A stretch of 64,000 bases of DNA from Albugo candida (Eukaryota): assembly GCA_040437565.1 (NCBI GenBank), contig JBDOQK010000002.1, forward strand, positions 558,001 to 622,000. The letters are read 5' to 3'. The translations under genes and the position numbers were made by a program. Numbering within the stretch: position 1 is the first letter of the stretch; the number at the start of each line of letters is the position of its first letter. The notes below the pieces were generated by a model. It did no database searches and had not been told where the DNA came from. It was given only the letters and a program-made list of their open reading frames with translations. This document shows positions 33,693 through 44,233 of the stretch, piece by piece.

Positions 33693-34538
33693 TCAAGTCG
33701 CCACATTCTCGAATTCTCGTACAATCTGCGCTGCGGGTGTGTCGGAATTTCCCACTGCATCTTTTGCCTGATTGTTATACACTGCAACTATGGCTTCACT
33801 GCAAGAATCACCATGATCAGTCGATTGACGTATCACCAGCAGATTTAAGCAAAAGGCATCAGGTGGAGAATTTTCCTGTTGATTTTCTTCCCATTCAATG
33901 TTGTAGAATCCTTGGGTGCTAGTGACCAATGCATCGTAAGGACTGAGATTTAATAGCTTACGTAGACTCGATACTCTTAGAAGTCGCGAATAAAGCATTT
34001 TTTTGTTCATGGTAGCCCCTGCAGCGCCATGGTCCACGACGACAATAAATTTTAGACGCTCGAGGAAAGAGATGCGAAACTTTTCTTTCTTAGTAAGCAT
34101 CAATTGCGTCCCCGGGCTTACGAGATCAATCACGATGTTGCCATTGATGGAATCGAAGCATTGGGTACTCATCGGTGAAGATAGTAATTGGATTTTGAAT
34201 TGAAACGACTCGTTTGCTTTCCAAATTTCGACATGTCTTTGGAAAATAGTGATTGCATGATTATCCTCATTATTCGGTCTTATCTGAGTATTGATTTTTG
34301 TTCCAGATAGTTGAATTGGTGACTGATTCGTAATGCTTACTTCGAGCGCGTTATGTCGTTGGGAAAATGAAACGTGGGCAGTCATATTTTGCAGTATCGC
34401 AGATTCCATGACTGAATTCATGACCTTCATGGTTTCCGTGCTCCTACTGATACTTTCTTCAATTCGTGTTGTGACTGAATCGAACGATTCTGTCAATCCA
34501 TTCGCATATTGCTGCAAGACCTGCGCAACTTGCTCCAT
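33693..34538 (-). CDS. Hypothetical protein (281 aa): N-terminal helical segment, then a beta-rich domain
   Basis: Intact ORF with natural composition; LEVSITNQSPIQL suggests a beta-sandwich; no family recognised. Confidence 0.6.
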   Translation of the reverse strand: MEQVAQVLQQYANGLTESFDSVTTRIEESISRSTETMKVMNSVMESAILQNMTAHVSFSQRHNALEVSITNQSPIQLSGTKINTQIRPNNEDNHAITIFQRHVEIWKANESFQFKIQLLSSPMSTQCFDSINGNIVIDLVSPGTQLMLTKKEKFRISFLERLKFIVVVDHGAAGATMNKKMLYSRLLRVSSLRKLLNLSPYDALVTSTQGFYNIEWEENQQENSPPDAFCLNLLVIRQSTDHGDSCSEAIVAVYNNQAKDAVGNSDTPAAQIVREFENVAT

Positions 34539-34968
34539 TATGTAAATAAGTATCTGACCGGATAACGTTGACCAATTGGACAGAGTTTATAATGAGTTGA
34601 ATAATCAATCTTTAGCCTACTTATCACATATACAAAATGAAGCATATATCTATTCGAATTGGAGCCAGGTCAAGCTACAGCCTGTTTATCACAAATAAAC
34701 CCTGCAGGTAAACAGCGGCATATCGATCACAACAATGAATAACACCATATGCGTAGAGCTTTGATTCGCATGATTCGTCGATCCAATCCTGTGGATCAGA
34801 ATTCAACTAGNNNNNNNNNNNNNNNNNNNNNNNNNNNNNNNNNNNNNNNNNNNNNNNNNNNNNNNNNNNNNNNNNNNNNNNNNNNNNNNNNNNNNNNNNN
34901 NNNNNNNNNNCCATATGCGTAGAGCTTTGATTCGCATGATTCGTCGATCCAATCCTGTGGATCAGAAT

Positions 34969-36774
34969 TCAACTAGTGGATTGAGTCTCTAGAACTTGTC
35001 GAAGCGATTTTGCAATTGTGTCAATATCGACCTTATGAAGCGCACTAAGTGTCACGAGGTAAAATGATTGCGATCAGTCGAATGCTAATTGTGAGCTAAC
35101 CTTATCGGTAAGACTGCCAAGTTGGCTTTCTCGCGAAGCCGAGTCAGATTCTCGTCGGCACCTGTGGCAGCAAACGAACTTAAAGGATGTTCCAATGTGG
35201 CATAGGAGTACATGCGATGCTCACCTGCTTGATCCATTTTATTTGCTACGACAAGCGACGGGCGTACGGTCATACCCGGTCGGTACAGCTCAAGCTCACG
35301 CTGTAAATGGAACAAATCTTGAAGCGGATCTCGGTTTTCAGCAATTGAAGCATCGAGCACGTACAACAAAACCTGCAAATAGCTCAGTTAGATAGGAACT
35401 AATCATCACTCACAAATACAAAGATGCCTTTGTTCGTTCAATGTGACGCAAAAAGTCATGACCTAAACCCACATTCCGATGCGCACCGTCGATAAGTCCT
35501 GGGATGTCTGCTACACTAATCTTGTAACAATCAGGAAATTCGACAATCCCGACGAAAGGATGTAATGTTGTGAACGGATACGGCGCAATCTTGGGCGATG
35601 CTCGACTCAATCGACTGAGTAGTGTTGATTTTCCAGCGTTTGGGTATCCAACTAGCCCAACGTCGGCTATTGTCTTGAGCTCCAACTCATAATGATGAGA
35701 TGTGCCAGGTTGACCGAGATTCTTCCCCTCATCCATTTTGTTTCTCAATGTCCCAAAGGTTGTCGTTCTGGATAATAGGACTCGATTTCCGAGACCGGGC
35801 TTACCACCTTCTGCAGCAACGAACTGATTGCCGTGGCGATCCAGATCACAAATATTTTCTAGGCGTTCCGTGATGTCAAAATCTTCACATCCCGTTCCTA
35901 TTGTCTCCTATGGTGAATGTCATTTCTTCGTCTCGACTTTCAGCATGCAAAATCACGTACCCGGATGACTTTATTTACAATTGTGCCGCATGGGACGCGA
36001 AATATGCATGCGCTACCACATCGACCGGCACCCGCATTGGCTGCATTGAATTCAAGGTGAGATGACTGTTTGCATTTCAATATTTTTCCGTCGGACACTT
36101 ACGTTTGCCGTTCTGCCCACGCTCTCCTTTGAAATGATGCGTCGAGCTAGCAAGATCCTGTACTGCAGAGTCGGCCTGAACGATGACTGCTCCTCCTGCT
36201 CCACCATGACCTCCACTTGGTCGCTTCCTGAATGATTTTTTGGCTTACGACACTCATTTAGATTCAAGGTGCAGATGGAGCGCTCATGGAATTTCTCACC
36301 CTCAAAGCTACAGCATCCGTTTCCACCGTAGCCTCCTACTGCCTTGATACGAATACGATCAACGAAGCGATGTTTTCCTCGTTTCTTCGTTTTATTCTGG
36401 GTACTTTTATGCAAGCTCTTTGAAAATTGAGCGTCAGCATCAATATCATTTGGTGGCTTTGTTTCATCATCCAAACACTCTTCATTGAAAATCTCTTCTT
36501 CATCACTCTCAGAGTCTGACTCTTTCTCAAGTTGCTGTACCCAATCGTTTTCACTACTCGGTACCCACTCTATGGAAGATGTCGAAGATGTGATAGGTGA
36601 TGCACCGCTTCTGTTGCTCGTGTATGAAGGAGACGATGCATGGTACAATTGGAAGTGGATGCGACAAAGTCGCAACGTTGGAAAATAGGTTTTATAAATG
36701 ACACTTTGTTTAGCTACAGTGGCAAGCGGATGCAATAAACGCATGGACTGAAATACTCGAGCCCGCTTAATCAT
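34969..36774 (-). CDS. Obg/CgtA family GTPase, probably mitochondrial (MTG2/GTPBP5-like), multi-exon
   Basis: [82 protein letters not shown]; basic presequence. Confidence 0.93.
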
Positions 36775-37247
36775 GCTGCAATTCTACTCGAACTATGCAT
36801 TACATAAAAGTAGGATGGACCTAGTCAAGATGTTCACGAGCTTAATATACACTCGATACGGCTCATCGCCGAACGCTTTTTCTTTGCCTTGTTGATTCTC
36901 TACCAGCAAAATATCCAAGATAACTCGCCTTGATTGAGTATATTCATATTATCACATAGCAAACGCAACTGTAGACAATTCGATAAATAGTTTATTGTTT
37001 TAGCATCAGTATCGCAGAAGCGCTGTCATATAAAGCACGTGTATAGAAAAAACATTGGCGAGTATGATAACTAGGCCTATACGGCTNNNNNNNNNNNNNN
37101 NNNNNNNNNNNNNNNNNNNNNNNNNNNNNNNNNNNNNNNNNNNNNNNNNNNNNNNNNNNNNNNNNNNNNNNNNNNNNNNNNNNNNNTTTAGTGGAAGTAT
37201 ACATACTTTCAATTTACTTGACAGCAGTATACGTCTTGTAGACCGAC

Positions 37248-38851
37248 ATGGCAAGCATTGATAAGAAGGCATTGATCAACTATTTTAACACGCTAGAAGA
37301 TGACATCATATTGCAGCTACTGCAATATCTACCAGCAAATGACTTGATATCCATCTCATTGGCATGGAAATACGTCGCCTTCAATTTCATGCCAAATCAT
37401 CCAATAGTTTGGAAAAAGTTATTCTTGCATCATTGGCAGCTTAGAAATTTCGCACTGGTTCCGAATGCAGCTGATTGCACTGAACTACATCCAACACTAC
37501 TAAAGTCTTTTTCTGGGTATGTCTACTCGCATTTTTTGCATTCAAAGATTCACAGCTTCATCACAATATTGTTGCAATTTTCTCCGCTGTCAGATATAGC
37601 CAGAGTCGTATATTCCAGCTTTTGACGCATGCAATCACATATGTGCCTTCCAGCATAGATCTACCAGCATGTGATCCGAATATACGTTCTATAAGGCAAG
37701 TGAGCTTACCGCTATCTATCGTATCTTTGATATATGTATACGGTGGGTTATGTGAGTAGATCTGAGGGTAGTCACAATGGAAATGCCAAAAGAAAGCAAA
37801 ACTATCCGCACCGAGTAGTGGATATAGCATATAGTGGCCACTGGCTGGGTGGAGACCGTGCAGTGCGATCGAATGTCCCATATCCTTTCAAACCAAGGGT
37901 GGCCATCTATACAAGAAGTGCCGATAATTCTAGTAAAGTTATTTATCAGATCGGAGTAGCGTTGCACTCTTACTTTGAGATCACTCTATCTGGAGTAGAC
38001 CGTCCAGATGTTCATAGAGTGTTTGGTTCATCCATGGTTTCGATCGGATTCGCCAATGCATATTTTCATCTAGTAGATAAACAACCAGGTGAGGAGAATT
38101 TTCTGAGCATTCATGTTATAAAGATTGAGCTTTCGCGTCAGGGTGGGATATTCACTCTTATGGCTATCATGGTGATGATGGACGATATTATCACAATTCA
38201 GGGCGGGTAGGTTTTAGCAGTCGATAGTTCATCGTCGTTCGGGATGACAGCTAATATCTAAAACGGAAATAATTTTCTGTGAAGGGTGTAACGTTCGGCC
38301 CTCGTTTCAATGTTGGTGATACCGTTGGATGCGGATATAAAATCAATCGTCGAACCCAGGTTATTGATCTTTTTTTCACTAAAAATGGGCAACCCATTCC
38401 AGGTACGCTTGCAATCGAAAGCGGAGCATTCGGATATATTTAGTACCACTGACCGCTTTTAGCTGGTGAAAGTATCAATGGTTGTGATCTTCACGACGAA
38501 ATGTATCCGGTTGTCGGTATTGACTCGACGGATGCCGTTCATTTCAATTTGGGCCAGGAACCATTTCAGTACGATTTTGTTGGTACGAGTGATGCTATGA
38601 TTCATAATATGCTCTTCCGTTTATCGATGTCCCACTGATCTCTTGTGATTTAAGATGAATTGTTCGAAAACATGACGCATGCCGATGTTAAACCTGAGAC
38701 ATATTTACCGTGGCTGATTTTATCGGACAATGAAAGAGAATCCGATAGTAGTGAGACTGATGATGAGCCCATGATATATAGCAACCTGGAAGTTTACATG
38801 AGAGATATGGTCGAAATGATGGATGACGGTGAACTCTTTCACATGATCTGA
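37248..38851 (+). CDS. F-box-like + SPRY (RanBPM-type) domain protein, multi-exon
   Basis: LEDDIILQLLQYLP.NDL.SIS..WK...WKKLF; YFEITL, PGWDIHSYGYHGDDG, FGPRFNVGDTVGCG, FFTKNG, YPVVG, NLGQEPFQYD. Confidence 0.82.
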
Positions 38852-39078
38852 ATGTGGCAAAGTCTTAATGAGGAAAAGTGTCAGCAATGCAGCACAATTG
38901 TAATTAAAACCATGTAATTCTTGCATATACTGAACGAATATTACAAGTAAGCAACATAGAGCGAGCCTTCTTTTGCAAGTACAATAAGGAGGCAAGCGCC
39001 ATTTCTGATTCATACCGAGATTGATCCTGTAGAAGTTTCCTGCGAACTTGCCATGAGGTAATATGTGAGATTTCAACA

Positions 39079-40730
39079 ATGTAAGCAAATAATATTCTTC
39101 TCCAGTCAAAATATGGCTACCAGGTCCTTGTACTGACCTTATGGAGAATCGAGACATGAAGGCTACAGCTACTACAGTCGCTGATCAGTGTCAGCATGTA
39201 AGCAAATAATATTCTTCTCCAGTCAAAATATGGCTACCAGGTCCTTGTACTGACCTTATGGAGAATCGAGACATGAAGGCTACAGCTACTACAGTCGCTG
39301 ATCAGTGTCAGCATGTAAGCAAATAATATTCTTCTCCAGTCAAAATATGGCTACCAGGTCCTTGTACTGACCTTATGGAGAATCGAGACATGAAGGCTAC
39401 AGCTACTACAGTCGCTGATCAGTGTCAGCATGTAAGCAAATAATATTCTTCTCCAGTCAAAATATGGCTACCAGGTCCTTGTACTGACCTTATGGAGAAT
39501 CGAGACATGAAGGCTACAGCTACTACAGTCGCTGATCAGTGTCAGCATGTAAGCAAATAATATTCTTCTCCAGTCAAAATATGGCTACCAGGTCCTTGTA
39601 CTGACCTTATGGAGAATCGAGACATGAAGGCTACAGCTACTACAGTCGCTGATCAGTGTCAGCATGTAAGCAAATAATATTCTTCTCCAGTCAAAATATG
39701 GCTACCAGGTCCTTGTACTGACCTTATGGAGAATCGAGACATGAAGGCTACAGCTACTACAGTCGCTGATCAGTGTCAGCATGTAAGCAAATAATATTCT
39801 TCTCCAGTCAAAATATGGCTACCAGGTCCTTGTACTGACCTTATGGNNNNNNNNNNNNNNNNNNNNNNNNNNNNNNNNNNNNNNNNNNNNNNNNNNNNNN
39901 NNNNNNNNNNNNNNNNNNNNNNNNNNNNNNNNNNNNNNNNNNNNNNTGGCTACCAGGTCCTTGTACTGACCTTATGGAGAATCGAGACATGAAGGCTACA
40001 GCTACTACAGTCGCTGATCAGTGTCAGCATGTAAGCAAATAATATTCTTCTCCAGTCAAAATATGGCTACCAGGTCCTTGTACTGACCTTATGGAGAATC
40101 GAGACATGAAGGCTACAGCTACTACAGTCGCTGATCAGTGTCAGCATGTAAGCAAATAATATTCTTCTCCAGTCAAAATATGGCTACCAGGTCCTTGTAC
40201 TGACCTTATGGAGAATCGAGACATGAAGGCTACAGCTACTACAGTCGCTGATCAGTGTCAGCATGTAAGCAAATAATATTCTTCTCCAGTCAAAATATGG
40301 CTACCAGGTCCTTGTACTGACCTTATGGAGAATCGAGACATGAAGGCTACAGCTACTACAGTCGCTGATCAGTGTCAGCATGTAAGCAAATAATATTCTT
40401 CTCCAGTCAAAATATGGCTACCAGGTCCTTGTACTGACCTTATGGAGAATCGAGACATGAAGGCTACAGCTACTACAGTCGCTGATCAGTGTCAGCATGT
40501 AAGCAAATAATATTCTTCTCCAGTCAAAATATGGCTACCAGGTCCTTGTACTGACCTTATGGAGAATCGAGACATGAAGGCTACAGCTACTACAGTCGCT
40601 GATCAGTGTCAGCATGTAAGCAAATAATATTCTTCTCCAGTCAAAATATGGCTACCAGGTCCTTGTACTGACCTTATGGAGAATCGAGACATGAAGGCTA
40701 CAGCTACTACAGTCACTGATCAGTGTCAGC
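39079..40730. repeat. Non-coding tandem array with a 117-bp unit; 12 full and 2 partial units shown around a 100-N gap
   Basis: Unit ATGTAAGCAAATAATATTC...GCTGATCAGTGTCAGC starts at 39079, 39196, 39313, 39430, 39547, 39664, 39781 (partial), gap 39847-39946, then 40029, 40146, 40263, 40380, 40497, 40614; units look identical except a G>A in the last one. Confidence 0.98.
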
Positions 40731-41092
40731 TGTCGAAAATGCACATGAAAGAAATAAACAGTGAGCCTTTTCATCTAACGTGCTGAGTCATTGAGGTAGA
40801 AGCACTGCTGTCAACATAATTGAAAGGCTATTATATCAAACAATTGGCTAATGGCCTGATAACCCGAATGCAGTCGATTTTGAGTTCTATCATATAAGAT
40901 TACCCTACATTACCACTATTTATGACAGCAAAGCAAAGACCAGCATGATGACACGCACAAGAGATAGTATTGTATTTAACATCTCGTGACCGGAACTCAG
41001 CGGTGCGAATCTTGATCCGAACAAAAGGATCCATTAGCTACGAACATTAAATCCGACGAGTCTTGTCACTTTGTGAGTCCATACCTTGAAGA

Positions 41093-43396
41093 ATGAGTTT
41101 TGTTTCGCCTTCTGAATCGTCATTTCTACCACTGAATACCGATGGCAGTCGTCTTGGCCCCATATCCGAGATTGGAAAATTATCATTAATGCAACCAACA
41201 TCGTTTATATATGCCACACCAATGAGCAAGAATCATAAAAGCTGGCCTTTCGTCGTTGTATTTATTAGCTCTTTGATCGCTTCGTTTGGGTACATTTTTT
41301 CCCAACTACCAGAATATAGATTCCATATTCGATATCAGCTCTTTGCAATCATGGGCACAAAATTTGAAAGTGGTGAATGGGTAGGAGGCCACCGCGAAAT
41401 TGCAGAATTCATGTTTTTATTTCTTTCAATCGGGTTACCAACTCTGGTAGCTGGCGTTGCCCTTTCTTACGCAGATGCATTGCCACCAGTGCCAAAAGGT
41501 GTCTACCGGACCTTTGTGCGCTTTCTCAAGAAAAAAATTTGGGCCGAATATCTCACAGCTACATATTCGGAAATATTTTGGTTTACTTTCTTTTTTGCAA
41601 TGAATGCAATTTGGTTTGCAGCCAATTATGCAGATAGAGTAAAAAAAGTTGAAGAAACAGGAGATAAGATCGATAGCAAAGCAAGGTGGCAAATGCTCGG
41701 TTATGTATTAGGATTCAATGCCGTATTGTGCTTTTCGGTCTTGATTATCCCAGCAACAAGAAACTGTTTTTGGATGATCTCAATGGGTGTGGATTACTCG
41801 CATGGTATCAAGTATCACCGCTGGATCGGTATTTTCACAATTTTCATGGTTTTATGTCACGCTTTGCCATATTACAAGCAATGGCTAGCTGCAGGGACAT
41901 TCATGAAATCTAGTTTTCCGTGCTTTGATTGTGAAGTGGAAGAGAGCAAACGCAGGCTGCAAAATTTTTCAGGGCAACTTGCACTATTGTGCTGTCTCAT
42001 CATCGGATTGACCTCTTTGCCAGTTGTACGTCGTAATTACTACTCATTCTTCTACTGTGCTCATCATTTGGCTATCGTGGTGGTGATTTGTGGCGTCTTG
42101 CATTTCTCTTCATTTGTGATGTGGATGTACCCGGCGGTCTGTTTATATGCGATCCATCGAATTCTAGCGTTCTCGCAAAGCCGTGTCGCAGCCGAAGTAG
42201 TCGAAATGGAAGCCGTCCCGGGTGAAGTCACTCGGCTTGTTTTTCGAAGAAGCCCAGGAAAAGCAGGGCATTACCATGCGGGCCAATTTGTCTATCTCCG
42301 GATTCCAGTTCTTTCCAAGGCGCAGTGGCACCCATTCACCATTAGTTCTTCTCCGATTGAGTACGAAGACACATTCACCGTGCATGTGAAAGCCGTCGGA
42401 AAGTGGACCAAATCGCTATATGGCTTGGCGATTCAAGTCCGTGAAGAGCGAAAAGTCCCGCTGGTATATGTTGATGGATTCTACGGAAAAATGTCGGATG
42501 ATTTCCAGCATTACCCAGTACTGCTTCTGGTCGCTGGTGGTATTGGGGCGACACCCGTGATTAGTATTTTGGGGAAAATTTTGGATTGCTTTCGCAATAA
42601 CGATCCAGCATTCGAAAAAACACAAGTATATTTTCAATGGACGTCCCGCGAGATTGGAATTTTTCACGAGTTTGAACCTCTGCTTGACGCAATTGAAGAA
42701 TTTGATCCGAATCACACACGAATTAGAGTGCGACTATGTTTCACCGGTGACCAGCACTTGGGTGGAGTCAACATTCCAACTGGCATCACATTGAAGCCTC
42801 TCGATGATACGAGTGGTATTCCCACGCGCCCATTTTACCAATCTTCTCGATCCGTTTCGAGACAAGTCTGCTTATTCATTGTCACATTTCTTGCAAGTTT
42901 TATTTCACTGATTATGACTCGGTATAATTACCCTTTGCTCGGGACCAACCGTGAGAAACAAGGAAGATGGCCACTACAGCGGCTAATGGAATTGGTGATG
43001 ATGTTAGTAGGCGCGTCCGCAGCCTGGATAGTAGCAGTAACTGAGCCAAAGCCCCGTTCAGTGAGTCGTGTTGATAAGAACAAGTTTGCGACGCAGTACA
43101 CAGAATCCTGCAAGCGTAGCGACTTTGGTGATCGGCATCCTACTTCCTGCTATTCGCAGACACTGTCATTCGAAGGCGAAGACATTCAATTTAAACATCC
43201 AGTTTGCCGGTCTCGACTGAACATCAGGGAATCGTTAGCCGATGTTGTGAAGGAACAATCGCATAATCACCAGCTACAGGAGACTGGAATTGGATTGTGG
43301 GTTTCGGGACCAATGGGGTTGATTCACAATGTTGAAACGGAGGCAGCCCGCTATGCCGGTATTTATGATGTACATTATGAAGAGTTCCAAATGTAG
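41093..43396 (+). CDS. Ferric reductase / NADPH-oxidase superfamily (FRO/FRE-like) flavocytochrome
   Basis: Heme His pairs YHRWIG..CH and AHH..LH; FAD-binding WHPFTISS; VDGFYG; NADPH-binding VAGGIGATP; SGP; terminal HYEEF. Confidence 0.93.
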   Translation: MSFVSPSESSFLPLNTDGSRLGPISEIGKLSLMQPTSFIYATPMSKNHKSWPFVVVFISSLIASFGYIFSQLPEYRFHIRYQLFAIMGTKFESGEWVGGHREIAEFMFLFLSIGLPTLVAGVALSYADALPPVPKGVYRTFVRFLKKKIWAEYLTATYSEIFWFTFFFAMNAIWFAANYADRVKKVEETGDKIDSKARWQMLGYVLGFNAVLCFSVLIIPATRNCFWMISMGVDYSHGIKYHRWIGIFTIFMVLCHALPYYKQWLAAGTFMKSSFPCFDCEVEESKRRLQNFSGQLALLCCLIIGLTSLPVVRRNYYSFFYCAHHLAIVVVICGVLHFSSFVMWMYPAVCLYAIHRILAFSQSRVAAEVVEMEAVPGEVTRLVFRRSPGKAGHYHAGQFVYLRIPVLSKAQWHPFTISSSPIEYEDTFTVHVKAVGKWTKSLYGLAIQVREERKVPLVYVDGFYGKMSDDFQHYPVLLLVAGGIGATPVISILGKILDCFRNNDPAFEKTQVYFQWTSREIGIFHEFEPLLDAIEEFDPNHTRIRVRLCFTGDQHLGGVNIPTGITLKPLDDTSGIPTRPFYQSSRSVSRQVCLFIVTFLASFISLIMTRYNYPLLGTNREKQGRWPLQRLMELVMMLVGASAAWIVAVTEPKPRSVSRVDKNKFATQYTESCKRSDFGDRHPTSCYSQTLSFEGEDIQFKHPVCRSRLNIRESLADVVKEQSHNHQLQETGIGLWVSGPMGLIHNVETEAARYAGIYDVHYEEFQM

Positions 43397-43596
43397 GAGT
43401 TTTCGAGTCAATGAAATAGATGTGCATTTTGCATGTAATGTGGTTCGATGGTATAAAATCGTTTTGATAGAACGCCATAGAATGAATCTTTTAATGGTCA
43501 TTTTTTCAATGTTACTCATCCCTTCCTCTAGTTCAAGCTCCAAACTAAGAAATTGAAGTCATTTCTACAAAGCTCTCATCTTTCTAGTGCTGATGA

Positions 43597-44039
43597 TTAT
43601 ACACGCGAAGGGTACAACATGACGCGAACGCTGGCGCTCATTGCTTCTGCGGGAAGATTTTTAGCGAATTTGGCCCGGACCACCCCATTATTGCCATGAG
43701 CACGACATACTTTACCCCAAATGGTGCGGAACTTTGTATTGTTTTTCATGCTTTTTCCCTAGCATCAACATCGCGTCAGGTTACGTTTTGTGCGTGCCAT
43801 CATGATTACCTTGTAAATATAAACAATTTTCTTTCCCAAGTAGAAGTCGACGTCTTTCTTATCTTGCAAGCTTTGAATTTTGATCAAAGCAGTGTGAGAG
43901 TACTGATTTCGAAGACCTCTGCGGGAAGTTGAAGTCAGACTTGATGAGTGAAAGCTACGGCTAGTTGGCACTACCTTTTATAGCCGAGAAAGACACCTTT
44001 CACATAAAGTCGAGTAGGTTGGGAAGAAGAAGCGACCAT
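43597..44039 (-). CDS. RPL35A: 60S ribosomal protein L35a (eL33), 3 exons
   Basis: [27 protein letters not shown]...[12 protein letters not shown]|...[24 protein letters not shown]...[10 protein letters not shown]. Confidence 0.96.
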
Positions 44040-44233
44040 TTTTGAGCTCTACGTTATCACGAGTTGGCCATTAATCTCCAAGTATCTCCGTCCGGAAAGT
44101 ATAGACCCCAACGACGCGTTGAGTGCAGCAGACGTACCTTGGAAGATTACTTTAACGGAATTGATTGGCTCTGAGGAAACAAACCTCTAAATGTTTATAT
44201 GATTAAATGCACAGAGTCTATTAGTGTGTCACA

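Noticed and set aside
38720-39157. 145-aa minus-strand ORF starting in the first repeat unit
   Set aside because: Its start comes from the repeat, it overlaps the SPRY gene antisense, and it has no recognisable motif.
39079-40730. 117-bp array as a CRISPR, 5S rRNA, tRNA or snRNA array, or as a repeat protein
   Set aside because: No variable spacers and eukaryotic context; no 5S, tRNA T-loop/A-box, U5 loop-1 or U6 ACAGAGA motifs; stops in all six frames.
43759-43976. snoRNAs in RPL35A introns
   Set aside because: Introns are only about 50-56 nt; the ATGATGG/CTGA pair is imperfect and too close for a C/D snoRNA.
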